Below, one piece after another: positions 26,224 through 35,095 of a DNA stretch of 64,000 nucleotides. Source of the DNA: Candidatus Methylomirabilis tolerans (GTDB lineage Bacteria; Methylomirabilota; Methylomirabilia; Methylomirabilales; Methylomirabilaceae). A program made the position numbers and the translations under genes. The DNA is taken from positions 37,655 to 101,654 of the forward strand of contig JAIOIU010000102.1 of assembly GCA_019912425.1 (NCBI GenBank), read 5' to 3'. Below the pieces are notes generated by a model. The model did not search any database. It was not told the DNA's origin and saw only the letters and a list, made by a program, of their open reading frames with translations. The first letter of the stretch is position 1. Every line of letters begins with the position of its first letter.

Positions 26224-28926
26224 ATGACCGTCATGTCCGAACATCGCCCCGATCCTGAGGCCCTTCTGGCTCGCGTGAAGGAGGAAGCGGCGCGTAAGAA
26301 GCGCGGCAAGCTGAAGGTCTTCCTGGGCGCGGCCGCGGGTGTCGGCAAGACCTACGCCATGCTCGAAGCCGCTCGCGAGCAGCGCGCTGAGGGCGTGGAT
26401 GTCGTGGCCGGCTTGATAGAAACCCATGGGCGACCGGAGACCGAGGCCCTGCTCCAGGGGCTCGAGATCCTCGCCTCTCACCGCCTCGAGTATCGCGGCA
26501 CAACCCTTAAGGAGTTCGACCTCGATACCGCGCTCACCCGGCATCCCACCGTGATCCTGGTCGATGAGCTGGCGCATACCAACGCGCCGGGCAGTCGACA
26601 CACGAAGCGCTGGCAGGACATCATAGAACTGCTCGGCGCCGGGATCCACGTCTACACCACGCTGAACGTCCAACACCTCGAGAGTCTCAACGACATCGTC
26701 ACCAGGATCACCGGGACAGTCGTACGCGAAACGATTCCCGACTCGGTCCTCGAACAGGCCGATGAGATCGAGCTGATCGACCTGCCCCCTGACGACCTGC
26801 TCCAGCGTCTCAAGGAAGGCAAGATCTACGTCCCGGAGCTGGCGAAGGAGGCGATCGGCAACTTCTTTCGTAAAGGCAATCTGACCGCGCTGCGGGAACT
26901 GGCGCTCCGGCGCACGGCCGACCGCGTGGACGCGCAGATGCGCGCCTATATGAGTGACCAGGCCATCCCCACGACCTGGCCCGTCACGGAGCGCCTCATA
27001 GTCCTGGTCGGTCCGAGTCCACATTCTGCCCAGACCGTACGAGGCGCCAAACGGATGGCGGCAGCGCTTCGGGCGGAATGGATTGCGGTCTATGTCGAGA
27101 CGGAAGCGTACGCCCGGCTGTCCGAGACGGACCGAAGACGCGTGGCCGAGAATCTCCGGCTGGCCGAGCAGCTCGGGGCGGAGGTGGTCACCCTCAGCGG
27201 GTCGCAGACCAATGAGAGTGCGGCAGTCCTGCGGTATGCCAGCGAACGTAACGTCACCAAGATCATCCTGGGCAAACCGACCCGCTCCTTGTGGAGGCGG
27301 ATCGTGGCCGGTTCCATCGTTGACGCCCTTGTGCGCGGTAGTGGTGACATCGATATCTACGTTATCAGCGGAACGGGGATCCCGCACGCGCCGGTTGCCA
27401 GGGTGGAGCGAGCCCCCGAGCCGGACTGGTCAGCCTATGGCCGCGCCGCGACCGTTGTCGCGCTCTGCACGGCGGTGGCATGGCTGATGTACCCGTATTT
27501 CGAGCTCTCCAATCTCATCATGGTCTATCTGCTCGGGGTGACCGGCGTTGCCGCCCGCTCCGGACCTGGCCCCTCCGTCCTGGCCTCCATCCTTAGTGTG
27601 GCGGTCTTCGATTTCTTTTTTGTCGTCCCGCACTTTACGTTTCGGGTGGCTGATGCGCAATACCTCGTGACCTTTGCAGTCATGCTCGTTGTGGCCCTCG
27701 TGATCAGCGGCTTCACGGTGCGGATTCGCATCCAGGCGGAGTCCGCACGCCAGCGCGAGCGGCGAACGGCCGCACTGTACGCACTGAGTCGGGAACTGGC
27801 GAGCGCGCGAGGCGTAGAACACGTGCTGCGGGCCGCCGGCCGACACATTGCTGACGTCTTCGGCGGCCAGGTCGCGGTGCTGCTCCCGGACCCGAGCGGC
27901 CACCTCGGCCTTCAGGTAGGCCCGTCCGCCCAGTTTGAGGTGACTCCCTCGGAGCGTGGGGTGGCCCAGTGGGTGTATGAGCATGGACAGACGGCCGGTT
28001 GTGGGACGTCAACGTTACCGGGAGCTAAGGTCTTGTATCTGCCTTTGGTCGCGTCGCAGGGTATCCTGGGCGTGTTGGGGCTGCTGCCGGCGGACCCACG
28101 CTCGCTCGAAGCGCCTGAGCAACTCCATCAGCTCGAGACATTTGCCAATCAGACCGCACTGGCGCTCGAGCGCACGCAGCTTGCAGCGGCGGCGCAGGAG
28201 GCGCAGGTACGCGCGGAAGCCGAAAGACTGCGCAGTTCGCTCCTGAGTTCGGTTTCTCACGATCTCAGGACACCTCTCGCCACTATCACCGGCGCCGCGA
28301 GCAGCCTGCTGGAAGGAGATAAAATTCTCGATGATCAGACCCAGCAAGATCTGCTGGAATCGCTCGTCGAGGAGGCCGAGCGCCTCAACCGTCTGGTGAA
28401 CAACCTGCTTGAGATGACGCGGATGGAGTCCGGAACCCTCCAGGTTCGCAAAGAGTGGCATGTCTTGGAGGAGGTCGTCGGCGCCGCGCTGGGCCGCCTG
28501 GCGAAGCTCTTGTGCGACCGCCCCGTGACCACGTCATTGCCGGCCGATCTGCCCCTCGTTCCGATCGACGACGTGCTGATTGAGCAGGTCCTGATCAATC
28601 TGCTGGACAATGCCATCAAGCATACGCCTGATGGCGGCCCTCTGGAGATTACGGTGCGGGCGCACAACGGTACGGTCACCGTGGAGGTCGCCGACCGGGG
28701 GCCAGGCCTGCCGCCAGGCGACGAGGAGAGGGTGTTTGAGAAATTTTATCGGGGACCCGGTCTCACATCGCGCGGCACTGGTCTTGGGCTGGCCATCTGC
28801 CGGGGTATCGTGGAGGCGCATGGCGGCCGCATCCGGGCCGAGAACCGACCGGAGGGCGGCGTGGCGTTCCGCTTTACCATCCCTCTGACCGGGACACCTC
28901 CAGAGGTGGAAGGCGTCGATGTCTGA
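26224..28926 (+). CDS. kdpD: sensor histidine kinase KdpD
   Basis: 900 aa. N-terminal KdpD domain with GAAAGVGKTYAM, Usp-like region, 4 TM, GAF-like region, H-box SSVSHDLRTPL, and an ATPase domain with the DRGPGLP and GTGLGLAI boxes. Confidence 0.95.
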   Translation: MTVMSEHRPDPEALLARVKEEAARKKRGKLKVFLGAAAGVGKTYAMLEAAREQRAEGVDVVAGLIETHGRPETEALLQGLEILASHRLEYRGTTLKEFDLDTALTRHPTVILVDELAHTNAPGSRHTKRWQDIIELLGAGIHVYTTLNVQHLESLNDIVTRITGTVVRETIPDSVLEQADEIELIDLPPDDLLQRLKEGKIYVPELAKEAIGNFFRKGNLTALRELALRRTADRVDAQMRAYMSDQAIPTTWPVTERLIVLVGPSPHSAQTVRGAKRMAAALRAEWIAVYVETEAYARLSETDRRRVAENLRLAEQLGAEVVTLSGSQTNESAAVLRYASERNVTKIILGKPTRSLWRRIVAGSIVDALVRGSGDIDIYVISGTGIPHAPVARVERAPEPDWSAYGRAATVVALCTAVAWLMYPYFELSNLIMVYLLGVTGVAARSGPGPSVLASILSVAVFDFFFVVPHFTFRVADAQYLVTFAVMLVVALVISGFTVRIRIQAESARQRERRTAALYALSRELASARGVEHVLRAAGRHIADVFGGQVAVLLPDPSGHLGLQVGPSAQFEVTPSERGVAQWVYEHGQTAGCGTSTLPGAKVLYLPLVASQGILGVLGLLPADPRSLEAPEQLHQLETFANQTALALERTQLAAAAQEAQVRAEAERLRSSLLSSVSHDLRTPLATITGAASSLLEGDKILDDQTQQDLLESLVEEAERLNRLVNNLLEMTRMESGTLQVRKEWHVLEEVVGAALGRLAKLLCDRPVTTSLPADLPLVPIDDVLIEQVLINLLDNAIKHTPDGGPLEITVRAHNGTVTVEVADRGPGLPPGDEERVFEKFYRGPGLTSRGTGLGLAICRGIVEAHGGRIRAENRPEGGVAFRFTIPLTGTPPEVEGVDV

Positions 28927-29659
28927 GATGGCAGAGAGTCAGGTGTCGGCAACCGACGCGCTCGGACCGGGCGGACCGGCCGTCGTGCTCATCGAGGATG
29001 AACGACCGATTCGGCGCTTCCTCCGCGCCACCCTGGTCAGTCATGGGTACCGGCTCTTTGAGGCGGCTACGGGTGAGGAGGGCTTGGCGGAGGCGGCCGC
29101 CCGCCCGCCCGACGTCGTCATCCTCGACCTCGGTCTGCCCGACATCGACGGCCTCGAGGTCATCCGGCGACTCCGCGAGTGGACTACCGTACCGATCATC
29201 GTGCTCTCGGCGCGCGGACAGGAACGCGATAAGATCGCTGCGCTGGATGCGGGCGCTGACGACTACGTGAGCAAGCCCTTCGGAGTCGGCGAGCTGCTGG
29301 CGCGCATGCGGGTAGTCTTGCGGCACGCAGCGCGTAGCCTCAAGGAGAATGCCGATCCTGCGTTCGCGGTGAGCGATCTCCATGTGGACTTGGTGGTGAG
29401 AAGGGTTGTGGTCGCCGGAAGAGAGGTTCACCTGACCCCGATCGAGTACAGGTTACTGACGACCCTCATTCACTATGCGGGAAAGGTGGTAACCCAGCAG
29501 CAGTTGCTGAAGGAGGTCTGGGGCCCCCAGTGCACCGAGCAGGCCCATTACCTCCGGGTCTACGTCGCCCAGCTCAGACGGAAGCTCGAAGCCGACCCGG
29601 CGCGTCCCCGCTACCTGTTGACCGAACCCGGTGTGGGCTACCGCTTGGCATCGGAATAG
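28919..29659 (+). CDS. kdpE: OmpR-family response regulator KdpE
   Basis: 246 aa. Receiver domain VVILDLGLPDIDG. Winged-helix C-terminus LTPIEYRLLTTL...VGYRL. Overlaps the kdpD stop by 8 nt. Confidence 0.92.
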   Translation: MSEMAESQVSATDALGPGGPAVVLIEDERPIRRFLRATLVSHGYRLFEAATGEEGLAEAAARPPDVVILDLGLPDIDGLEVIRRLREWTTVPIIVLSARGQERDKIAALDAGADDYVSKPFGVGELLARMRVVLRHAARSLKENADPAFAVSDLHVDLVVRRVVVAGREVHLTPIEYRLLTTLIHYAGKVVTQQQLLKEVWGPQCTEQAHYLRVYVAQLRRKLEADPARPRYLLTEPGVGYRLASE

Positions 29660-30085
29660 CCGCAGAAGGCGAGTCCCGTCCGCTCTCCAGCCCTTCTATT
29701 GCCAACGCCGCGAAGGTCTCGGCGAGCCCCGCCGTCACCCGGGTGAACTCCGGATATGCCAGCTTCTCGGAAGTATCTTTGCGGGTATGGTAATAGGGGT
29801 AGCGGTAGAATGCGGTGCCGGTGACCATGATGGCGCAGTAGCCATGCCGCCAAAACGACCGGTGATCGCTCCAGGCGACCCCGGGGACAAAACGGGAAGT
29901 CGCCACGTGTTCGAGTGGAAAGTCGGAGTGTTGGCGAAAGATCCGCACCGCGCAGCGCCTCAGGCCGAAAGACGTTGCGCTCACCGATCTCGCCGGCGAG
30001 GCGCTCGATGAGCCCGCAGGCGCGAGACTGAGACCTGCTGAGCGATGCGTACGGTCCCTAAGGCTGGCTTTGATATGTGGGACAT
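29574..30085 (-). pseudogene. decayed M28-family aminopeptidase remnant (copy 2), multiply frameshifted and internally deleted
   Basis: Three frames are needed. MSHISKPALGTVRIAQQVSVSRLRAH / LIERLAGEIGERNVFRPEALR / ..FPLEHVATSRFVPGVAWSDHRSFWRHGYCAIMVTGTAFYRYPYYHTRKDT... (SDH..F and YHT..D are M28 C-terminal motifs). The catalytic core is missing. The 3' end overlaps kdpE convergently. Confidence 0.65.
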
Positions 30086-30228
30086 GGTATCATCACATCG
30101 ACGTCAGATCGCGCGAGTCTCGATTCTGATCGAGATGGGGTTGTCGTGACCGTTTTCCACTCCTGAGTTATCGTACACCAGAGAAGATGCTGCTGTTAGA
30201 GAAAATCATCAGCAGGAGGATGGACGAG

Positions 30229-30567
30229 ATGAGACAGATCGTGGCATTGGGCATCGCAATGCTTGTGATCGGGCATAGTACTCAAAGCTGGGCAGGATCA
30301 GAAGCGAGTAGGCAGCACAGCACGCTCAGGCAGGCCGGCACAGGGATCGGGAGTGCCGTGGGGACAATCGTGTATTTCCCGTTCAAGGCGGCCTTCTGTA
30401 TTGTGGGCGGGCTGGTCGGCGGCGTAACCCTGATGGTTGCGGGCTCCGAGCAAGCGGGGCGAGTCGTAGACACCTCCTGCCGAGGGACTTGGACGATCAC
30501 GCCGGCTATCGTAGCAGGCGAAGAGCCGGTCTACTTTGTGGGCAATCCCTCCGGGCAACAACAGTGA
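30229..30567 (+). CDS. small secreted/membrane protein, paralog of 16990..17337
   Basis: ATG 30229, 9 nt after AGGAGG. MRQIVALGIAMLVIGHSTQSWA signal peptide. GTGIGSAVGTIVYFPFKAAFCIVGG...C.GTWTITP. Confidence 0.65.
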   Translation: MRQIVALGIAMLVIGHSTQSWAGSEASRQHSTLRQAGTGIGSAVGTIVYFPFKAAFCIVGGLVGGVTLMVAGSEQAGRVVDTSCRGTWTITPAIVAGEEPVYFVGNPSGQQQ

Positions 30568-30595
30568 GGAGATGGCCAACCTCTTGAAGTTCTCC

Positions 30596-30624
30596 TTTGG
30601 AAAAACGCGGCAAGTGTGTTATAG
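30596..30624 (+). promoter_or_regulatory. putative sigma70 promoter for the DEAD-box helicase gene
   Basis: TTGGAA 30596-30601, 17-nt spacer, TATAGT 30619-30624 with tgtgt just upstream. Implies a leader of about 190 nt before ATG 30823. Confidence 0.4.
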
Positions 30625-30822
30625 TGACTTGAAATTGTAGTAGTGATGTCGATCGAGGCTGTAACGCGGCCCGATCCATTGTCGAGTTGGGACGTTCAAT
30701 CCCGCACGGTGACTTCTCCGGTGATCCCACCGTTAGCCCCACTCAATCCGACCGGATAAACAGCACGGGCGCATCCTATCCATCACGGAATAGACGCGCC
30801 TAAAAGCAGCATTAGGAGGATT

Positions 30823-32262
30823 ATGTCGTTTTCGTCATTTAAACTCAACGCGAACCTGTTGAAAGCCGTCCACAACATGGGGTTTAAGAGCCCAACGCCG
30901 ATTCAGCGCGTGGCTGTTCCTCCCCTTCTGGAGGGCCGGGACGTTATGGCCAGCGCCGTGACGGGCAGCGGCAAGACGGCGGCGTTCCTGCTACCCATCC
31001 TTCATTGTCTTATGGAGAAGCCCAGGGGAACGACGAGGGCGCTCGTTCTGGCGCCCACCCGGGAGCTGGCGGCGCAGATCTCGGATCACCTCCGCGAGCT
31101 CGCAGCGCATACTCCCCTGAAAGGCGCCGCGGTCTACGGGGGCGTCTCCATGGGACCCCAGGAACAGGCGTTTCGCAGAGGCGTTGACGTCCTGATTGCG
31201 ACCCCCGGTCGGCTCCTCGACCATTTCCAGTACCCGTACGCACGCCTCTCCGGCATTGAGCACCTCGTGCTCGACGAGGCGGACCGCATGCTCGACATGG
31301 GTTTTCTGCCGGACATCCGCCGCATCCTGCAACACGTCCCCAAGAAACGGCAGACCCTGCTCTTTTCGGCGACCTTGCCGGCGCCCATCATGGAACTTGC
31401 CCGGGACATGCTCCAGAACCCGGTCTCCCTGAACATCGAGCGCAAGGCCGCGCCGGCGGCGGGGATCACCCATGTGGCCTACCCTGTCCCGCATGAGCTG
31501 AAGTCCACCCTCTTCCTGGAACTGGTGAGGACCAGCCCGTCCAAACATGTCCTCGCCTTCACCCGAACCAAGCACCGGGCCAACCGGCTGGCCGACTTCC
31601 TCGACAAGCACGGCGTCACCTGCGAACGGATTCACGGTAACCGCAGTCAGGCGCAGAGGACCGACGCCCTAGCCAGCTTCAAGCGGGGTCGATGCCGCGT
31701 CCTCGTCGCAACAGACATCGCCGCCCGCGGCATCGACGTGGAGGCGTTGGGCCTCGTCGTAAATTTCGACGTCCCGCAGCTCCCCGAGGATTACATCCAC
31801 CGGGTCGGGCGCACAGGACGGGTGGACGCCACGGGCGATGCGTACACCCTTGTCTCGCCGAATGAAGAGGACACCCTCCGCGCCATCGAGCGTGCCATCG
31901 GCACACGCCTGCCGCGCCAGAAGGTCCAGGGGTTCAATTACGCCACGACACCCACTGAACGCTTTGAGGTCCCCCTCGCCGAACGTATTGCCGCTATCCG
32001 CACTCGAAAAGCGGAGGAGCGGGTCCGGGCAAAGGCCAATGCGGCGCGTCGCGCTACGCAAGGAGGCATCGTGGGTTCCGCCGGCAACGGGACGGCGGGG
32101 CAGACTCCCAGGAGCTATCGCGTAGCCAGCCCAAGCCGCGTGGCCGGACAGCCGGTCACCGGAAAATCCTTCAGCAGGCCCGTGAGTGGACGCTTGAACG
32201 GGACGGCCGACTGGCGAAATCATGGCTCCACCACAGAAACGCGGAGCGCTCGGAGGGCGTAG
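30823..32262 (+). CDS. DEAD-box ATP-dependent RNA helicase (RhlE-like) with basic C-terminal tail
   Basis: 479 aa. Q-motif GFKSPTPIQ, AVTGSGKTAAF, DEAD, SAT, HRVGRTGR. Confidence 0.92.
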   Translation: MSFSSFKLNANLLKAVHNMGFKSPTPIQRVAVPPLLEGRDVMASAVTGSGKTAAFLLPILHCLMEKPRGTTRALVLAPTRELAAQISDHLRELAAHTPLKGAAVYGGVSMGPQEQAFRRGVDVLIATPGRLLDHFQYPYARLSGIEHLVLDEADRMLDMGFLPDIRRILQHVPKKRQTLLFSATLPAPIMELARDMLQNPVSLNIERKAAPAAGITHVAYPVPHELKSTLFLELVRTSPSKHVLAFTRTKHRANRLADFLDKHGVTCERIHGNRSQAQRTDALASFKRGRCRVLVATDIAARGIDVEALGLVVNFDVPQLPEDYIHRVGRTGRVDATGDAYTLVSPNEEDTLRAIERAIGTRLPRQKVQGFNYATTPTERFEVPLAERIAAIRTRKAEERVRAKANAARRATQGGIVGSAGNGTAGQTPRSYRVASPSRVAGQPVTGKSFSRPVSGRLNGTADWRNHGSTTETRSARRA

Positions 32263-32270
32263 ACCATGTC

Positions 32271-33140
32271 TTACCTGCCCTTCAGCCCCTCCAGGCCGAT
32301 TTGGCCGCATTTCTGGCCGGCCAGACGGCAGGCATGCGAAAGAGCATCGGCTAACCCAAGGCCCTTGAGATAGGCATCAATGAGGCCGGCGTTGAAGGTA
32401 TCGCCGGCTCCTAGCGTGTCTTGGGCTTTGATGGGAGGGAAAGCGGGGCTGTACTGAACCTCTCCCGGATAGGTAAGGCCGTACGCCCCCTCCTTGCCCC
32501 ATGTGACAATCAGGTCCGCTTGCGGCGCCTGCTCTCGCATCCGGAGCAGGAAGGGGCGGGGCGCGTCGAATCCTAGGTGGTTAGCATAGGCATGTGAGAA
32601 GATCAGCATCCCCGCGCCTGCGAACACCGCCTCGATTCCGGGGCGCGGCTTCTCTACCTCAACTGAGCATAGGGGTCCAGGGCTGGCATCGCGGATCCGG
32701 TGCACCATGCGGGCCGTCTCTGGACCATCTCGGCCCTCGAAGTGAACCCAGTCGAACCGCGTCAGATCGATCTGGTGAAACTCCTCATGGCCATACTCCG
32801 GCAGATCTCGATAGTGTACGATGGTGCGTGTGCCCTCTTCGAGACTCAGCAGGACGCATGAGGTTGGCGGCCGGCCGGGAACGCGGCGGCAGACGGCGAG
32901 GTCGATCCCATGCCTGGCCAGGCACTCGATGATCGGGGCGGCCTCCGGACCATCCGGCAGTACGCCTCCAAAGGCGCACGCATGACCCAGTTGACTGAGG
33001 ACAACAAGGGTATTGGCAGCGTTACCACCAGGGCTGGTGCGGAGCCCCATGGCGCGAAGCTCGGCGTCCTCAGCAGGGTAGCGCGTAAGCGTAAAGATAA
33101 GGTCAAGCGTCGCCGTCCCAATAGCCAGGATACGCGCCAT
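32271..33140 (-). CDS. PfkB-family carbohydrate kinase (ketohexokinase/ribokinase-like)
   Basis: 289 aa. GGNAANT N-terminal motif, DTLGAGDTFNAG C-terminal PfkB signature. Confidence 0.8.
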   Translation of the reverse strand: MARILAIGTATLDLIFTLTRYPAEDAELRAMGLRTSPGGNAANTLVVLSQLGHACAFGGVLPDGPEAAPIIECLARHGIDLAVCRRVPGRPPTSCVLLSLEEGTRTIVHYRDLPEYGHEEFHQIDLTRFDWVHFEGRDGPETARMVHRIRDASPGPLCSVEVEKPRPGIEAVFAGAGMLIFSHAYANHLGFDAPRPFLLRMREQAPQADLIVTWGKEGAYGLTYPGEVQYSPAFPPIKAQDTLGAGDTFNAGLIDAYLKGLGLADALSHACRLAGQKCGQIGLEGLKGR

Positions 33141-33169
33141 GCAGGTTCCCCCTTGTCGTGGTGGTCGGC

Positions 33170-33442
33170 TCAGTCAAACTGGTAATGCTTTTTGACGGGA
33201 TGGCGGATGTCCCAGGTGCAGGCCATCCCAACGGGAAAGGTCACAAGATCTCCCTTGCTGATCTGTACCGACTCCCCGCCCTCTGGCGTCACGATCACCT
33301 CCCCCTCCAGGATATAACAGGTTTCCGTGCTATTGTAGCTCCACGGAAAGGTAGAGACCTCTTTACTCCAGATCGGCCAATCCTCGACCCTGAGCGCTGT
33401 GAGTCGCTCTGGGGAGGGGTTGCGCTCCACTCGGATCTTCAT
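33170..33442 (-). CDS. small cupin-domain protein (DUF861/cupin_3-like)
   Basis: 90 aa. ETCYILEGEVIVTPEGGESVQISKGDLVTFPVGMACTWDI is a single cupin barrel. Confidence 0.7.
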   Translation of the reverse strand: MKIRVERNPSPERLTALRVEDWPIWSKEVSTFPWSYNSTETCYILEGEVIVTPEGGESVQISKGDLVTFPVGMACTWDIRHPVKKHYQFD

Positions 33443-33572
33443 GCATCCGTCCTCCTTTCGTTGCAGTGTGCCTTTTCAAAAAGTAGTCGCATGGTAAGCC
33501 GCCCTTGACGCACCGGTCAAGCCGAAACTGGGACCGGAGGATGCGTTGTGATTCGCTCTGTCGAACGATCCT

Positions 33573-33600
33573 TTGAGCTGCGCGCTCGCTCTGTTATTAT
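33573..33600 (+). promoter_or_regulatory. weak sigma70 promoter candidate
   Basis: TTGAGC 33573-33578, 16-nt spacer, TATTAT 33595-33600. The -10 sits in the loop of the hairpin GCTCTG-ttattat-CAGAGC. Confidence 0.25.
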
Positions 33601-33658
33601 CAGAGCAAGAGCCCATGCGGTGCTGCTGCACCCTGGTACACAAAAATAGAATTCTGGC

Positions 33659-33731
33659 TAAGCGATCAGCTCTCAGCGGTCAGCTCTTCTGATACTTCCC
33701 CTGTTTTGTCCGAAGCTGAGCGCTGACGGCT
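33659..33731. repeat. TCAGC/GCTGA hairpin repeat family, copy 1
   Basis: Left arm agcgaTCAGCtcTCAGCggTCAGCtcttc, right arm gaaGCTGAgcGCTGAcggct, separated by about 25 nt. Confidence 0.6.
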
Positions 33732-33807
33732 ATTTTCTTAAGGAGAGGCCATACCGACTCCTGAGGAACTCAAAGAAGAAGAAAAGAAGTTACGGCAACT
33801 TCAACTC

Positions 33808-33990
33808 GTGGTCAGCCTCACGATGAGCACGATCAGCCAGACTACACTGTCGCTGGAGGAGGCCTCCAAGATGGTCACCGCCACAAGGGAGTTGGCGCTA
33901 CGCCTCTTTCCAGGGAAAGAGCTGGCCTTCGATCTGATCTATCAGCCCCGCTTTCGGAGGCTCCTGGCCGAACGATTCCGCCTCCATTGA
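33808..33990 (+). CDS. small hypothetical protein, start uncertain
   Basis: 60-aa ORF from GTG 33808. The frame stays open upstream to an ATA at 33751, which sits 4 nt after AAGGAGAG. No family recognised. Confidence 0.3.
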   Translation: MVSLTMSTISQTTLSLEEASKMVTATRELALRLFPGKELAFDLIYQPRFRRLLAERFRLH

Positions 33991-34023
33991 GGTGGGAGCC
34001 TGTCCGGCACTCTAACCGCGATC

Positions 34024-34923
34024 ATGGTCCAACTACCACAACAGCGCGCTGAGGCCGACCTGCTCCTCGGCGCCCATATGTCAATCGCGGGCGGAATCGA
34101 TCTGGCGCCGCTGAGGGGTCAGCAGATTGGTTGCCGAACCATCCAGCTTTTTATCAAAAGCAGCAACCAGTGGCGGGCCAGGTCCCTGCCCACCGAGGAG
34201 ATTGACCGATTCCGCGCAAACCTTCGGGCTGCTGCAATTGCTCCAGCCGTGGCTCATAGCGCCTACCTGATCAATCTAGCCTCCACTGATCCTGCGCTGC
34301 ATCAGAGGTCCATGGCAGCCTGCCTGGAGGAGATCGAGCGGGCCGAGGCGCTCAGCATTCCATATCTGGTGATCCATCCGGGGGCCCACATGGGAGCGGG
34401 CGAGGAGGCGGGATTACGACAGGTAGCGAATAGTTTTCGCGAGCTTCTCATGCGAACGAAGGGCTGTCGAGTCCAGGTAGTACTCGAAACGACTGCCGGC
34501 CAGGGAACTACCTTGGGGCACCGGTTCGAGCAGATCGCGCTGCTCCTGGATCAGATCGGCCTCCCGGAGCGGACAGGGGTCTGTCTGGATACCTGCCACC
34601 TGTTTGCTGCCGGCTACGATATCCGAACACCGGAGGGATATGACGCCGTCGTCCATGTGTTTGACCGGATCGTGGGTATGCCCTCCCTCAAGGTCATTCA
34701 CGTCAACGACTGCAAGAAGGAGTTGGGAAGCCGCGTGGACCGTCATGAGCATATCGGCAAGGGAACGATCGGACTCGATGCGTTCCGCTGCCTCGTTACT
34801 GATCCCCGCTTACGTGGGATCCCGATGATCATCGAAACTCCGAAGGACAATAACTTCGTCACAGCCGATCGCCAAAATCTTGAAACCCTCCGAGGTCTTA
34901 TGGGGGAGCAGCAGGCTGCGTAA
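34024..34923 (+). CDS. nfo: deoxyribonuclease IV (endonuclease IV)
   Basis: 299 aa. LLLGAHMSIAGG, HSAYLINLAS, LVIHPGAH, LETTAGQG, CLDTCHLFAAGYD, IHVNDCK: the AP-endonuclease-2 TIM-barrel motifs. Confidence 0.92.
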   Translation: MVQLPQQRAEADLLLGAHMSIAGGIDLAPLRGQQIGCRTIQLFIKSSNQWRARSLPTEEIDRFRANLRAAAIAPAVAHSAYLINLASTDPALHQRSMAACLEEIERAEALSIPYLVIHPGAHMGAGEEAGLRQVANSFRELLMRTKGCRVQVVLETTAGQGTTLGHRFEQIALLLDQIGLPERTGVCLDTCHLFAAGYDIRTPEGYDAVVHVFDRIVGMPSLKVIHVNDCKKELGSRVDRHEHIGKGTIGLDAFRCLVTDPRLRGIPMIIETPKDNNFVTADRQNLETLRGLMGEQQAA

Positions 34924-35095
34924 TAGCCTGCCGCGTAACTTCGTTGATCGTTCCACCGTACCGGGAAGGTTTTTGGTTGCATTGATGCTGAAAAGGAGCT
35001 AACGTGAGAAGAAGCGGGAAGAATTCCGTACCTGCGACCCTGCCGCAGGCCGACGAAATAGAAGGTGCAGTGAGGGCGCCCAGGGCTGTCTCGCT

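Noticed and set aside
26029-27387. 452-aa ORF antisense to kdpC/kdpD
   Set aside because: Same reasoning. KdpD motifs on the plus strand are unambiguous, and the antisense product is low-complexity and Arg/Gly/Asp rich.
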